Source: Schaalia odontolytica
GTDB taxonomy: Bacteria > Actinomycetota > Actinomycetes > Actinomycetales > Actinomycetaceae
Assembly: GCF_005696695.1 (NCBI RefSeq)
Contig: NZ_CP040006.1
Location: 1,770,001-1,802,000 of the forward strand
Length of the DNA: 32,000 bases
Reading direction: 5' to 3'
Part shown: positions 9,695 to 18,424 of the stretch, piece after piece
Numbering within the stretch: the first letter of the stretch is position 1
How the letters are laid out: every line of letters begins with the position of its first letter
Translations under genes and position numbers: made by a program
Notes under the pieces: model-generated
What the model was told of the DNA's origin: nothing
Database searches by the model: none
What the model saw: the letters and a program-made list of their open reading frames with translations, nothing else

Positions 9695-10273
9695 ATGGCT
9701 CTCACTTCCGCGATCGCGTCCGCGTACCTGTCCGTTTCCCGCTGGAAGCTGTCCACGCAGCCCCTGCCGGACAAGGTCATCGTCATCGGCGCCCCGCACA
9801 CCTCGAATTGGGACGGTGTCTTCATGGCGATTTCCATGTGGAAGTGTGGGCGCACGTTCTCGTTCCTCGTGAAGGATTCCGTCGTCAAGGCCCCGGTGCT
9901 CGGCTGGTTCGTGAAAAAGATTGGCGCGGTCGCCGTCGAGCGCAGCGCCTCGCACGGCCTGGTCGAGCAGGTTGCCCAGCGCATCCGCGAGGCCGACACC
10001 TTCACGCTGTGCATCACACCGAAGGGCACGCGATCGCCGCGAGATTTCTGGAAGTCTGGCTTCTACCGCATCGCAATGGAGGCGGGCGTGCCGATCCAGC
10101 TGGGCTTCATCGACCGCAACACCCGCACGTTCGGCTGGGGCCCGACGTACCAGCTGACGGGCGACGTGCGCGCCGACATGGAGGTCATCCGCGCGTTTTA
10201 CGCCGACAAGGTGGGTATTCGCCCCGAGAAGACATCTGTGCCGCGACTGCGCGCTGAGGACGAGGCCGAATGA
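9695..10273 (+). CDS. PlsC-family 1-acyl-sn-glycerol-3-phosphate acyltransferase-like protein
   Basis: HX4D motif in APHTSNWD, plus ITPKGTRS and GVPIQLGFID. Start moved to ATG 9695 (MALTSAIA), preceded by GAAAGG. The upstream part of track ORF 9479.. overlaps the mutarotase gene. Confidence 0.85.
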   Translation: MALTSAIASAYLSVSRWKLSTQPLPDKVIVIGAPHTSNWDGVFMAISMWKCGRTFSFLVKDSVVKAPVLGWFVKKIGAVAVERSASHGLVEQVAQRIREADTFTLCITPKGTRSPRDFWKSGFYRIAMEAGVPIQLGFIDRNTRTFGWGPTYQLTGDVRADMEVIRAFYADKVGIRPEKTSVPRLRAEDEAE

Positions 10274-11160
10274 GGCTCACGCGAGCGCTGCTCGGCACCG
10301 CTGGGGCTCTCGCCCTGACGGCGGGCGGCGCTGCGGCGTATGCGGACGAGCCGACGCAGATTCACCTCGTCGAGGTCTACGAGATGACGCCGGGTGTGAG
10401 CGCGACCCATGAGGTGACGCTGTCGACGGATCACGCATTGATCGGCGAGCAGTGCCAGTCGATGGGCACGGCCACGCAGGCGACTTCCTCACTGCTGGTG
10501 GATGTCGGCGGGGTCATGGGATGCCGTTTCACCTGGAACCTCGAGGACGCGGGCGCCGAGGTCGTCTCGGTCGACGACGGCGGGGTCTTCCACTTCGAGT
10601 CGACGTCGGCCCGCCTCCTGGAGGGTTTTTCCTCGCCCGAGGCGTCGGCCTCGATCGAGTCGGTGACCCTCATCGCTCACGATTCATTTGTCGTCGAAGC
10701 CTCTGACGGCGGGGAGATTTCGGTTCCTTCGTCGTCCACGAAGAACGATGCGAGCACGGTCGTGTGGCACGGCGTGACGGACAACGTGAGTGCGTCGGGC
10801 TCGGTTGAGCCGGGGGCCGCCGCACCGACGCCATCACCCTCCCCCTCTTCGAGTACCAGCCCCACGCCTTCCTCTGAGCAGCGAGGCGGCAGCTCAGTCG
10901 GGCGTTCTCTGCTGCCCGTCCTCGCACTAACCGGGTCGGTGCTGGCTCTGGTGATCATCGGAGCGCTCGTGCGTGGCCGCGTCGCGTCGCAGCGGCGAGC
11001 AGCAGACGCTCAGTTCGATCGCGATGCCTCGCTGAAGAATGCGCGCCGCGCTCAGGCAGGTGCGCGCAAGACCTCCGCACTCCCCTACGCGCGCAGCGCG
11101 GCGAGCTCGAACGACTACGAGCCACGATCGGACGAGGAGCGTTTCGCCCCGCCCGAGTGA
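10270..11160 (+). CDS. Secreted, membrane-anchored protein of unknown function
   Basis: Signal peptide MRLTRALLGTAGALALTAGGAAAYA/DE, an ectodomain with two Cys, a Pro/Ser linker and a TM helix SVLALVIIGALV followed by RGR. Its ATG overlaps the acyltransferase stop (ATGA), suggesting translational coupling. Confidence 0.7.
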   Translation: MRLTRALLGTAGALALTAGGAAAYADEPTQIHLVEVYEMTPGVSATHEVTLSTDHALIGEQCQSMGTATQATSSLLVDVGGVMGCRFTWNLEDAGAEVVSVDDGGVFHFESTSARLLEGFSSPEASASIESVTLIAHDSFVVEASDGGEISVPSSSTKNDASTVVWHGVTDNVSASGSVEPGAAAPTPSPSPSSSTSPTPSSEQRGGSSVGRSLLPVLALTGSVLALVIIGALVRGRVASQRRAADAQFDRDASLKNARRAQAGARKTSALPYARSAASSNDYEPRSDEERFAPPE

Positions 11161-11181
11161 CCTCGTTCGTCTGTGACAACG

Positions 11182-11216
11182 ACGTGCCCCGACCTCTTCG
11201 CGAGGCCGGGGCACGT
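11182..11216. terminator. Bidirectional terminator-like hairpin between convergent genes
   Basis: acgtgccccgacctc (11182-11196) pairs with gaggccggggcacgt (11202-11216): a 15-bp stem with one mismatch and a 5-nt loop. Confidence 0.55.
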
Positions 11217-11220
11217 GCCG

Positions 11221-12714
11221 TTAGCCGATGTGGAAGTAGCGTTCGACGAGTTCTTCCACCGAAATACGCGAGTCGGCCAGGTCGTCGCGCAGGTGCATGT
11301 CTCCGAGCGCAACCAGGTGAGACGCCCACGAATCAATGAGGCCGGCGGGGAACACGCCCTTCGCCTCGTAGTCCTCGCGCTGGGTGAGGAGCCTACCGGC
11401 GGCCTCGAAGCAGGAGCCGGGCAGCTGATCGAGGTCGGGGGTCTGCGAGGCGTCGCCGTCGACCTTGCGCTCGCGCGCGTAGTCGGCCATGCCCGGTTCG
11501 GTCAGGCCAATGCGCGCCGCAACAGCGATACCGGCCAGCAGCAGGTGGACGGCCGCGGAACCGTCGGGGCTGCGCAGCTCGACCGTTTGGGAGTCGTTCG
11601 GCAGCTCGTCAATGGGAGGCTCGGCGGGGTTCGCGTCACGGAACATCGAGTCGTCGATGTTCTGCCATCCCAGGGGCACGCGCACGAGGACGGAGCGGTT
11701 ACGGTCGCCCCAGCAAATCGCCGTGGGGGCCTCCTGGTGCGGCACGAGGCGCAGGAAGGAGGTGGGGACCGTGTTGCCAAAGGCGGTCAGGGAAGCGGCA
11801 TGCGACAGGTAACCGCCGATGACCTTCAGGGCCGTTTCCGTCAGGCCCGATCCGGTCGAGAACTGGTTGACACCGTCCTTGACGAGGCGGGTGTGGAAGT
11901 GCATGCCCGACCCTGCCTGTCCAACCGCGATCTTCGGCGAGAAAGAGACGTGAATGCCGTAGGAGTGGGCTACCTCGCGCAGCACCCACTTGGCGAGCAC
12001 CATCTGGTCGGCGGCATCCAGGGCGTCCACGGGCAGGAATTCGATCTCCTGCTGGACCATCTGACGACCGTCGGACACGAAGTTACCGACCTCCGAGTGG
12101 GCGTACTTGACCGAGCATCCCATGGACACCAGGTGCAAGAGGGTTTCCGTACGCACGCTCTCCCACTTCGAGAAGGGGCCCGATTCGTGGTAGCCGCGCT
12201 GCGGTTCAACGGGGAACAGGTCCTCCTCGTCGGAGAAGAGGTAGTACTCGAGTTCGCCGAGGGCCTGCAGCTCGCAGCCCGTCTCCTCCTTCAGGGCGCG
12301 CTGGGCCTTGCGCAGAATCTCCTGCGGCGCCGAGGCCAGGGGCTTGCCGTCGACGTCGTAGAAGCCGCACAGGATATCCAGGGTCGGAATGTGCGAGAAG
12401 GGGTTGAGGAAGGACGTGGCCAGGCGGGGCACGACGTACAGATCCGAGGAGGTTGCCTCGACGAAGGCGAAGAGCGACGAGCCGTCGACGCGTTCCCCCA
12501 GCGTCAGCACACGATCCAGGTGCGCCTTGGATTGGATCGCGAAGTTGAGTGTCTTCAGGCGACCATCCCCTCCGATGTAGCGCAGGTTGAGCATCCTGAT
12601 GCCGTTGTCCTCGATATAGCCGATGATGTCGGCTTTCGTAAATTCCTTCGCCGGCTTTCCAAGGGCAGCAACGAGGGGATTTGGACTGAGGGAAACGGTG
12701 TCGGTCGACAGCAT
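11221..12714 (-). CDS. Glutamine synthetase-family protein (gamma-glutamyl ligase catalytic domain)
   Basis: GS beta-grasp plus catalytic-domain signatures: MLNLRYIGGDGRLKTL, GELEYYLF, KYAHSEVG, QEIEF, FSPKIAVGQAGSGMHFH, NSFLRLVP-like TSFLRLVPHQEAP and GDRNRSVLVRVP. Start moved to ATG 12714 (MLSTDTV), preceded by AAGAGGAG. Confidence 0.85.
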   Translation of the reverse strand: MLSTDTVSLSPNPLVAALGKPAKEFTKADIIGYIEDNGIRMLNLRYIGGDGRLKTLNFAIQSKAHLDRVLTLGERVDGSSLFAFVEATSSDLYVVPRLATSFLNPFSHIPTLDILCGFYDVDGKPLASAPQEILRKAQRALKEETGCELQALGELEYYLFSDEEDLFPVEPQRGYHESGPFSKWESVRTETLLHLVSMGCSVKYAHSEVGNFVSDGRQMVQQEIEFLPVDALDAADQMVLAKWVLREVAHSYGIHVSFSPKIAVGQAGSGMHFHTRLVKDGVNQFSTGSGLTETALKVIGGYLSHAASLTAFGNTVPTSFLRLVPHQEAPTAICWGDRNRSVLVRVPLGWQNIDDSMFRDANPAEPPIDELPNDSQTVELRSPDGSAAVHLLLAGIAVAARIGLTEPGMADYARERKVDGDASQTPDLDQLPGSCFEAAGRLLTQREDYEAKGVFPAGLIDSWASHLVALGDMHLRDDLADSRISVEELVERYFHIG

Positions 12715-12898
12715 GAAGCACTCCTCTTTGAGCATGACTGGGTTCACATGAGCACGACCATTGTAGCCCCGTTCAACAAACCTGACAGGCGGGAGATAAT
12801 CGCGCCCTTCCAACAATTCCGCAGATTGACGAACGAAAACACTCCGCGCCATTAGTGACGCTTGTTACACTTTTTGTACCCAAGCCCAAGGAGCCGCC

Positions 12899-14062
12899 AT
12901 GGCGACCACTCACCCCCGCCTTCCCCACGACACAACCAGACCGCCCGCTTGCTCATGGCGCGGTCTCCTCGTCGATTCGGCGCGCACATTCTGGCCGGTC
13001 CCCACCATGGAATTGCTCCTGACCGTCATGGCGCGTTACCGATTCAACGTCTTGCACTGGCACCTCACCGACAACACCGGGTGGCGCATGCGCGTGCCCG
13101 GATACCCCATGCTGACAGCGATCGGCGGAAACATCCCACGGCAGCCCAGCGACTGGTACGACCCCGAGTGTGCCCCCGGCCGAAAAGGCTCATGGCGCCT
13201 CACACCTGCACACTCGACCCAAGGTTTCTACTCGGACGCCAACATTCGCCACCTCGTCAACTTTGCAGCGGCGCGCGACATCCGCATCGTTCCGGAAATT
13301 TCCATCCCCTCCCACGCCGGAGCCGCGATCCGCGCCTATCCCCACCTGGGAAACCCCACCCTCGTCAATAAGGCAGCCCAAGGGGTCAACGAAACGCTCT
13401 GGCCCAGTGCCGCCTCTCTCAGCTTCGTCGAAGCAGTATTCCATCACGCCTGCTCTCTCTTCCCCTCACCAACCATCCACATCGGGGGAGCATCGACCGA
13501 CTGGGGGCCATGGGAATCCGACCTCTCGCTGATGCGCGCAGGCCTCACCTCCGGCGCAGCGATTGAACGACTCTTTATCGACCGGGCACTGCGCACCCTC
13601 CACTTTCACGGCAGGCGCGCGGCCGCCTGGGATTCCTTCACGAGGACATATCCGACCCCTCCACCGGGAACCACTCTCCTTGCCCACTGTCCCGGGAACA
13701 CTGGCCGCCAGGCCGCCGAATCCTCTGGAGCGCCGTGGATCCTGGCGGACGCCGACATTCTCACCCTCAGCCACCCCGGGCGAACTAACAGCCCCCTCGA
13801 GCCCGCCCACGCCCTCTTCGACGACCTCACCCAGGCGTTGCACGGGGAGCGGCTGAAAGGAGTCGAGGCCGTGGCATGGTCCTCAAGCGTCACCACCCCA
13901 GACCTCCTCTTCTACCACCTCCTCCCCAGGCTCATCGTCGTCGCGGAAGCAGCGTGGCACGGGGAGGACGCCCTGCCCTGGGACAAGCTGGCACCCCTCG
14001 TCGAACACGAGATGGCACACCTGCGGCACACCATCCCCTACTGGAATCCGCAGCGGCCATGA
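12899..14062 (+). CDS. GH20 (beta-N-acetylhexosaminidase) family-like protein, catalytic Asp-Glu pair not conserved
   Basis: WRGLLVDSART, FNVLHWHLTDNTGWR and VPEISIPSHAGA match the GH20 catalytic-domain pattern. The expected HxGGDE reads HIGGAS (13478-13495). AAGGAG precedes the ATG. No signal peptide is evident. Confidence 0.78.
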   Translation: MATTHPRLPHDTTRPPACSWRGLLVDSARTFWPVPTMELLLTVMARYRFNVLHWHLTDNTGWRMRVPGYPMLTAIGGNIPRQPSDWYDPECAPGRKGSWRLTPAHSTQGFYSDANIRHLVNFAAARDIRIVPEISIPSHAGAAIRAYPHLGNPTLVNKAAQGVNETLWPSAASLSFVEAVFHHACSLFPSPTIHIGGASTDWGPWESDLSLMRAGLTSGAAIERLFIDRALRTLHFHGRRAAAWDSFTRTYPTPPPGTTLLAHCPGNTGRQAAESSGAPWILADADILTLSHPGRTNSPLEPAHALFDDLTQALHGERLKGVEAVAWSSSVTTPDLLFYHLLPRLIVVAEAAWHGEDALPWDKLAPLVEHEMAHLRHTIPYWNPQRP

Positions 14063-14162
14063 TGAAGGGCCGCGCACCCGAGTCGAATGCGCGGCCCCGT
14101 GCCCCCTAGCGGGGCAGGATTCGGAGCAGGCATGAACCCGCCCCACTAGGACTATGAAGGCG

Positions 14163-14618
14163 TTACGACCAGGCTTTCAGGCGCTCAGCAAGCGCACGCG
14201 CCGCAGCGTCCAAACGCTCGGCTTCCTGGGTGTCCCCACCCCTGATCGCACGCCAGTAGGAAACTTTCGTCCGCAAGAACTCGCGACGCAGCTCAAGAAT
14301 CTGCGCCTCTTCCCGCAGCCGCTCATCCTGCTGCTCCAGCAAGGTGATGAACTCGGAAATATCACGCTCACCACCAAGGCCCGAGCGAACGTACTCACGC
14401 ATATCAGCAATCGACATGCCGGACGCCGACAGGCATGACACCCACGTCAACAGCTCAAGGTCGTCTTCCTGATAGATGCGATGACCGCTCGAAGGGTCAC
14501 GCGCGATGGCGGGAATGACGCTCACATCCTCGTAGTAACGCAGGGTGGACGCGGGCAGCCCAACGAGCGCCGCTACCTCCTTGATGGAGTACGTGCGCCC
14601 GGAGCGAGTCCCTGCCAT
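14163..14618 (-). CDS. MerR-family transcriptional regulator
   Basis: YSIKEVAALVGLPASTLRYYEDVSVI, GHRIYQEDDLELL and a C-terminal coiled-coil dimerisation helix. Confidence 0.9.
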   Translation of the reverse strand: MAGTRSGRTYSIKEVAALVGLPASTLRYYEDVSVIPAIARDPSSGHRIYQEDDLELLTWVSCLSASGMSIADMREYVRSGLGGERDISEFITLLEQQDERLREEAQILELRREFLRTKVSYWRAIRGGDTQEAERLDAAARALAERLKAWS

Positions 14619-14624
14619 GACTTC

Positions 14625-14655
14625 ACCCTAAAAGACCTCAAGTCCTTGAAGTCAA
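14625..14655 (-). promoter_or_regulatory. MerR-type promoter with 19-bp spacer and a dyad operator, probably producing a leaderless merR mRNA
   Basis: The minus strand reads TTGACT (14655-14650), a 19-nt spacer TCAAGGACTTGAGGTCTTT, TAGGGT (14630-14625), 6 nt, then ATG (14618). Half-sites TCAAG/CTTGA form overlapping palindromes at 14638-14656. Confidence 0.6.
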
Positions 14656-14765
14656 GCGGAAGTGCGGGACGTGCATCACGCGCTGCGACCTGCACAAAGG
14701 CGCAATCGCTCATCTATTGCCACGCAGGGTTGAGAAACGGCGCAAAACGTCTGCATGCACCAGCG

Positions 14766-15392
14766 TTAGAGAAGCTCCGCACGCCTCTCAAAAGCCCAGA
14801 TCGGACAGGTCTCCTCGCGCATATGCACATCGACGCGGTCGAGGAGTTCACAACCGCCATTGAGATAGAAACGCGCATTCTTTTCCGTCGAGGTCACGAA
14901 GCCGTAGGCGCGCCCACCGCGCTTCGCCACGAAATCCGGCAAGACCTTGGAGACCAGCCAACGCCCCACGCCGCGGCCACGCATGCTCGAATCGACGGAG
15001 AGCACCTCGAGATACCAGTCGAAATCGCCATTATCGATGGCGATCTGATCAGATCGGTCGGTCACGTCGACAAAATCAGCCACGAGGCGCGGGGAAGCAT
15101 AGCGGAAGAGCTCATAGCCTCCACTGACAAAGCTACGCACCACGCCAACCTTGCGATCATGCATCAGCGCCGTTGCGACAACTCGCCCCTCATGCTCCAC
15201 GACAAGTGCGTGCCGTGCCCACTGATAGGAGGACGCAAGCATCCGATTGATCGCGGCCAGACATTGCGGGTAACGGTCCGGCTGGTAGAGGTAGGGCTTG
15301 AGCATGATATGCAGCGGATAGTCGAGGAACCCCTCGGTAATAATGCGCGTCATTTCGGGAATATCGTCGCGCGTAGCGGGTCGACACTTCAC
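14766..15392 (-). CDS. GNAT-family N-acetyltransferase
   Basis: 208 aa. Acetyl-CoA-binding-type motif VDSSMRGRGVGRWLV and the C-terminal NARFYLNGGCE. GTG start preceded by AAGGAGG. Confidence 0.85.
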   Translation of the reverse strand: MKCRPATRDDIPEMTRIITEGFLDYPLHIMLKPYLYQPDRYPQCLAAINRMLASSYQWARHALVVEHEGRVVATALMHDRKVGVVRSFVSGGYELFRYASPRLVADFVDVTDRSDQIAIDNGDFDWYLEVLSVDSSMRGRGVGRWLVSKVLPDFVAKRGGRAYGFVTSTEKNARFYLNGGCELLDRVDVHMREETCPIWAFERRAELL

Positions 15393-15634
15393 GGGCCACC
15401 TCCTTCATCAACATGGACGTATGGGCAATTTTCTATCGAAAACCGAACTACAGGTAGATACCTGTCATCCTACGGGATAGACACCGATCTAGCCTTGTCA
15501 ACGAGGCGTGTTTCTCTTTGTCACTCGGCCTTCTTTCATTTGACGATCGGTCAGGCATTCTCGCGCACACTCCCCCTCGTTGCTTTGTATCCACGAACGG
15601 ACGATAATCGAGTGGTTCATAACAGGAGGACTGC

Positions 15635-18406
15635 ATGCGACTCTTTCGCGCCCTGTGCGCCACGCTCGGGGCACTACTCATCGTGTCGACGCTACCGTCG
15701 GGAGCCTACGCCGCCGACGGGCCGACGTTGTCGGAGGCGTTCGTCCTGACCAAGGACGGCCAGCTCGTCGACACACTGACCATCATTGATCCGTCCCGGA
15801 CAATGAGTGAGTCGGCGTGCCAGCCCTACGCCGGTAAATCATCGGACCAGCATGTCGAGTTCGTGACGCGCGACGACGCAACCGTGTGCCACATGCAGCT
15901 CATGTACACGAATGCGGAGAATGAATCTGAGTTCTCCATTGAGGACTCCGGCGAGTTCGTCATGACTGCTCACGCCGAGCGCACGCTCACCGAGTCTCGA
16001 AAGTTGTTCCACCCGGACTTGACGCTGAAGTCTCTGTCCCTGAGCGTCGAGGGAGAGGTGCAGTCCGCCACTGCGGGCGCTTCCACGTCTGCAACGACGT
16101 ACGAGGGCCGCACGTTTTCCGTCACTTCGTGGACCGACACCGTGCCCCAAATAATCACCGTGAAGGGCTCTCTCACCCCTGGCGGAGACCCCAGTGCCGC
16201 GGCGACGACGAATGCACTGAAGGATCCGTGGGGCGTGACCCCGATGCCTGCCTCGGCCTCGGCGAGCCCGAGCGCAGCGCCGACGGCGGGCGCTGCCGCC
16301 GCACCCGAGTCCTCCGATCCTCCGATCGCTCTTCTCATTGGTCTCATCGTTGGCCTCGTCCTTCTCGTCATCGGCATCGTGGTTGTCGTCTACGTTGTGC
16401 GCGCCAAGCGCGGCAAGAAAGCCACATCCGGAACGCAGGCTACAGCCCCGGCTTCTCATGTACGCGCTCCCTCTCCTGCTCGTGGGAACGAGGGCGTGGA
16501 GCGTCACGCTCCTCCGACACCGATTGCGCCCGCCCCTACGTCCGCTCCTGCTCCGACTCCCACCGAGCGTCCTTCGGCCTCGATGAATCCTCCACAGCCG
16601 ACACCGCGCGACACCGGTTTCACGTGGGAGCACAAGTCGCGCCCAACGCCCACCGCCGCTCCCGCAGCTGCGACCCCGGAGGCTCCCAAGAGGCGACGCT
16701 CACGCAAGGACCACAGGCCTGCAGTCTTCCCCGAGCGCCCCACCCAGCCGATGGCCGGCCAGCCGATGCCTGGCGCCGGCATGTCCAGCGGCCCCTTCCA
16801 GGCCCCGATGACTGGCGTTTCTCAGCGCAGCGCGGCCCCGGTCGCTCCCCCTGTTTCCCCGCAGGCTCATACCGTCGCGCCTACCCCAGCCACCACTCCG
16901 ACACCCACGCAAGCGTCCCAGCCCATCGTGCCGGCGCCACAGGCCGCAGCATCGGCACCGCAGCGAGAGACTCACACGGAGTCCGCCTCTGATTCCTCGC
17001 TTCGTCGTCGTTCGCGCCAGGCCTCGGAGGCTCAGCCAGCGACAGACGCTCAGCCGGCGTTCCCGAGCAGACGTTCGCAGCGTCAGGCGGTCCGCGACGC
17101 GCACGTTCCTCAGCCTATTCCGGCCCCCGAAGAAGCACCTGCAGCACAGCAGGTGCCGATTCCCGTGCCCGCGCCTCCCGCTCCGCCCGTGCCGCCGCCT
17201 CCCACGAGCGCCGTCGACGCACCCGAGACGATGCTGATCCCGAAGGTCCGCCAGGCTGCTATTCCGATGCCCGAGCCCGTCGCGGTCGTCGAACCCAAGC
17301 CGGTCGCGGAACCCGAGCCCGTCGCGGAACCCGAGCCGATCGTCGAACCGGAACCCGTCGCTGTGGTCGAGCCCGAACCGATCATCGAACCCGAACCGGT
17401 CGCTGTGGTCGAGCCCGAACCGATCATCGAACCCGAACCGGTCGCTGTGGTCGAGCCCGAACCGATCATCGAACCCGAACCGGTCGCTGTGGTCGAGCCC
17501 GAACCGATCATCGAGCCGGAACCCGAGCCTATCGCGGTGGTCGAGCCCGAGCCGGTCGCTGTGGTCGAGCCGGAACCCGTCGCGGAACCCGAACCCGTCG
17601 CGGTCGTCGAACCCGAACCCATCGCGGAACCCGAACCCGAACTGTTCGTGGAGCCCGGGCCGGTCGCTATGGTCGAGCCCGAACCGATCGTCGAACCCGA
17701 GCCGATTATCGAGCCGGAACCCGAACTGTTCGTGGAGCCCGAGCCGATCGTGGAACCCGAGCCGATCGTGGAACCCGAACCCGTCGTGGTCGTCGAGCCT
17801 GAACCCGTCGCGGTCGTCGAACCCGAGCCCGTCGCGGAACCCGAGCCCGAGCCGATTGCCCAGCCGGAGCCCGTCGCGGAACCCGCCCCGGCCTCGTCGA
17901 TGTCGTTTATTGATGACGCGGAGATGCCGACCGCGCAGATTCGTCGTGTTCGTCGAGTGAGGCCCGCGGACTGGGGGACGCCCGAGCCGGCCGCGCCGGT
18001 GCAACAGTCCGAGCCCACCCCTCAGGTGTCTACTCCCCCGATGACGCCGGCTCCGTTCGAGCAGAGTGCGCCCGCTATGCCTTCGGTCGTCGAGCAGCCG
18101 CAGGCCCCCGCATCCCCGCAGATGCCTGCCCCCTTCCAGGCGCCGGCCGCTGCGACCCCCTTCCAGGAGGACTGGAACGCGGAAATCTCCCAGAAGAAGG
18201 AAGCCCCGCGCGAGCAGGAAGATGACAAGAAGCGCCGCAGGCTGTGGGGCTGGGGCAAGCGTCGCAAGAAGCGCAACGAGGCCGCCACCTCGCCCGAACC
18301 CGAGATCGATGAGCCGATCGAGTCCTCTCACGCGCCGATGATTTCAGTCGACGCGCAGGACGAGGACGATTGGAACGACTGGCAGAACTGGAACTCGCGC
18401 AGCTAA
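15635..18406 (+). CDS. Single-pass membrane protein with a globular ectodomain and a ~650-aa Pro/Glu-rich repetitive cytoplasmic tail
   Basis: AGGAGG precedes the ATG. Signal peptide [29 protein letters not shown], a ~200-aa ectodomain and a TM helix [25 protein letters not shown] followed by RAKRGKK. The tail is a long P/A/E-rich region with EPEP(V/I)x repeats, a basic cluster [16 protein letters not shown] and an acidic Trp-rich end [12 protein letters not shown]. Confidence 0.8.
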   Translation: MRLFRALCATLGALLIVSTLPSGAYAADGPTLSEAFVLTKDGQLVDTLTIIDPSRTMSESACQPYAGKSSDQHVEFVTRDDATVCHMQLMYTNAENESEFSIEDSGEFVMTAHAERTLTESRKLFHPDLTLKSLSLSVEGEVQSATAGASTSATTYEGRTFSVTSWTDTVPQIITVKGSLTPGGDPSAAATTNALKDPWGVTPMPASASASPSAAPTAGAAAAPESSDPPIALLIGLIVGLVLLVIGIVVVVYVVRAKRGKKATSGTQATAPASHVRAPSPARGNEGVERHAPPTPIAPAPTSAPAPTPTERPSASMNPPQPTPRDTGFTWEHKSRPTPTAAPAAATPEAPKRRRSRKDHRPAVFPERPTQPMAGQPMPGAGMSSGPFQAPMTGVSQRSAAPVAPPVSPQAHTVAPTPATTPTPTQASQPIVPAPQAAASAPQRETHTESASDSSLRRRSRQASEAQPATDAQPAFPSRRSQRQAVRDAHVPQPIPAPEEAPAAQQVPIPVPAPPAPPVPPPPTSAVDAPETMLIPKVRQAAIPMPEPVAVVEPKPVAEPEPVAEPEPIVEPEPVAVVEPEPIIEPEPVAVVEPEPIIEPEPVAVVEPEPIIEPEPVAVVEPEPIIEPEPEPIAVVEPEPVAVVEPEPVAEPEPVAVVEPEPIAEPEPELFVEPGPVAMVEPEPIVEPEPIIEPEPELFVEPEPIVEPEPIVEPEPVVVVEPEPVAVVEPEPVAEPEPEPIAQPEPVAEPAPASSMSFIDDAEMPTAQIRRVRRVRPADWGTPEPAAPVQQSEPTPQVSTPPMTPAPFEQSAPAMPSVVEQPQAPASPQMPAPFQAPAAATPFQEDWNAEISQKKEAPREQEDDKKRRRLWGWGKRRKKRNEAATSPEPEIDEPIESSHAPMISVDAQDEDDWNDWQNWNSRS
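17270..17890 (+). repeat. In-frame degenerate tandem repeat array encoding (EPEP-V/I-A/I/V-V/E)n, with a 42-bp core of three perfect copies plus one near-perfect copy at 17357-17524
   Basis: The unit gtcgctgtggtcgagcccgaaccgatcatcgaacccgaaccg repeats exactly at 17357, 17399 and 17441. The fourth copy (17483-17524) differs only near its end. Diverged copies flank the core. Confidence 0.92.
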
Positions 18407-18424
18407 CCGAGCGCCGGGGAGCGC

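Noticed and set aside
11173-12855. 560-aa plus-strand ORF
   Set aside because: It is antisense to the glutamine-synthetase-family gene and its composition is that of a shadow ORF.
14100-14116. Weak hairpin tgcccc-ctagc-ggggca between the convergent GH20-like and merR genes
   Set aside because: The stem is only 6 bp and there is no U-tract, so it is too weak to call a terminator.
14481-15749. 422-aa plus-strand ORF
   Set aside because: It runs antisense through the merR 5' end and the GNAT gene and into the intergenic region. Both of those genes have clear motifs and SD sequences.
16700-18331. 543-aa and 302-aa minus-strand ORFs opposite the Pro/Glu repeat region
   Set aside because: The repeat DNA is open in several frames. 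The plus-strand frame is contiguous with a signal peptide, an ectodomain, a TM helix and a strong SD. The minus-strand frames are Gly/Arg/Asp or Gly/Ser repeats with no start context.
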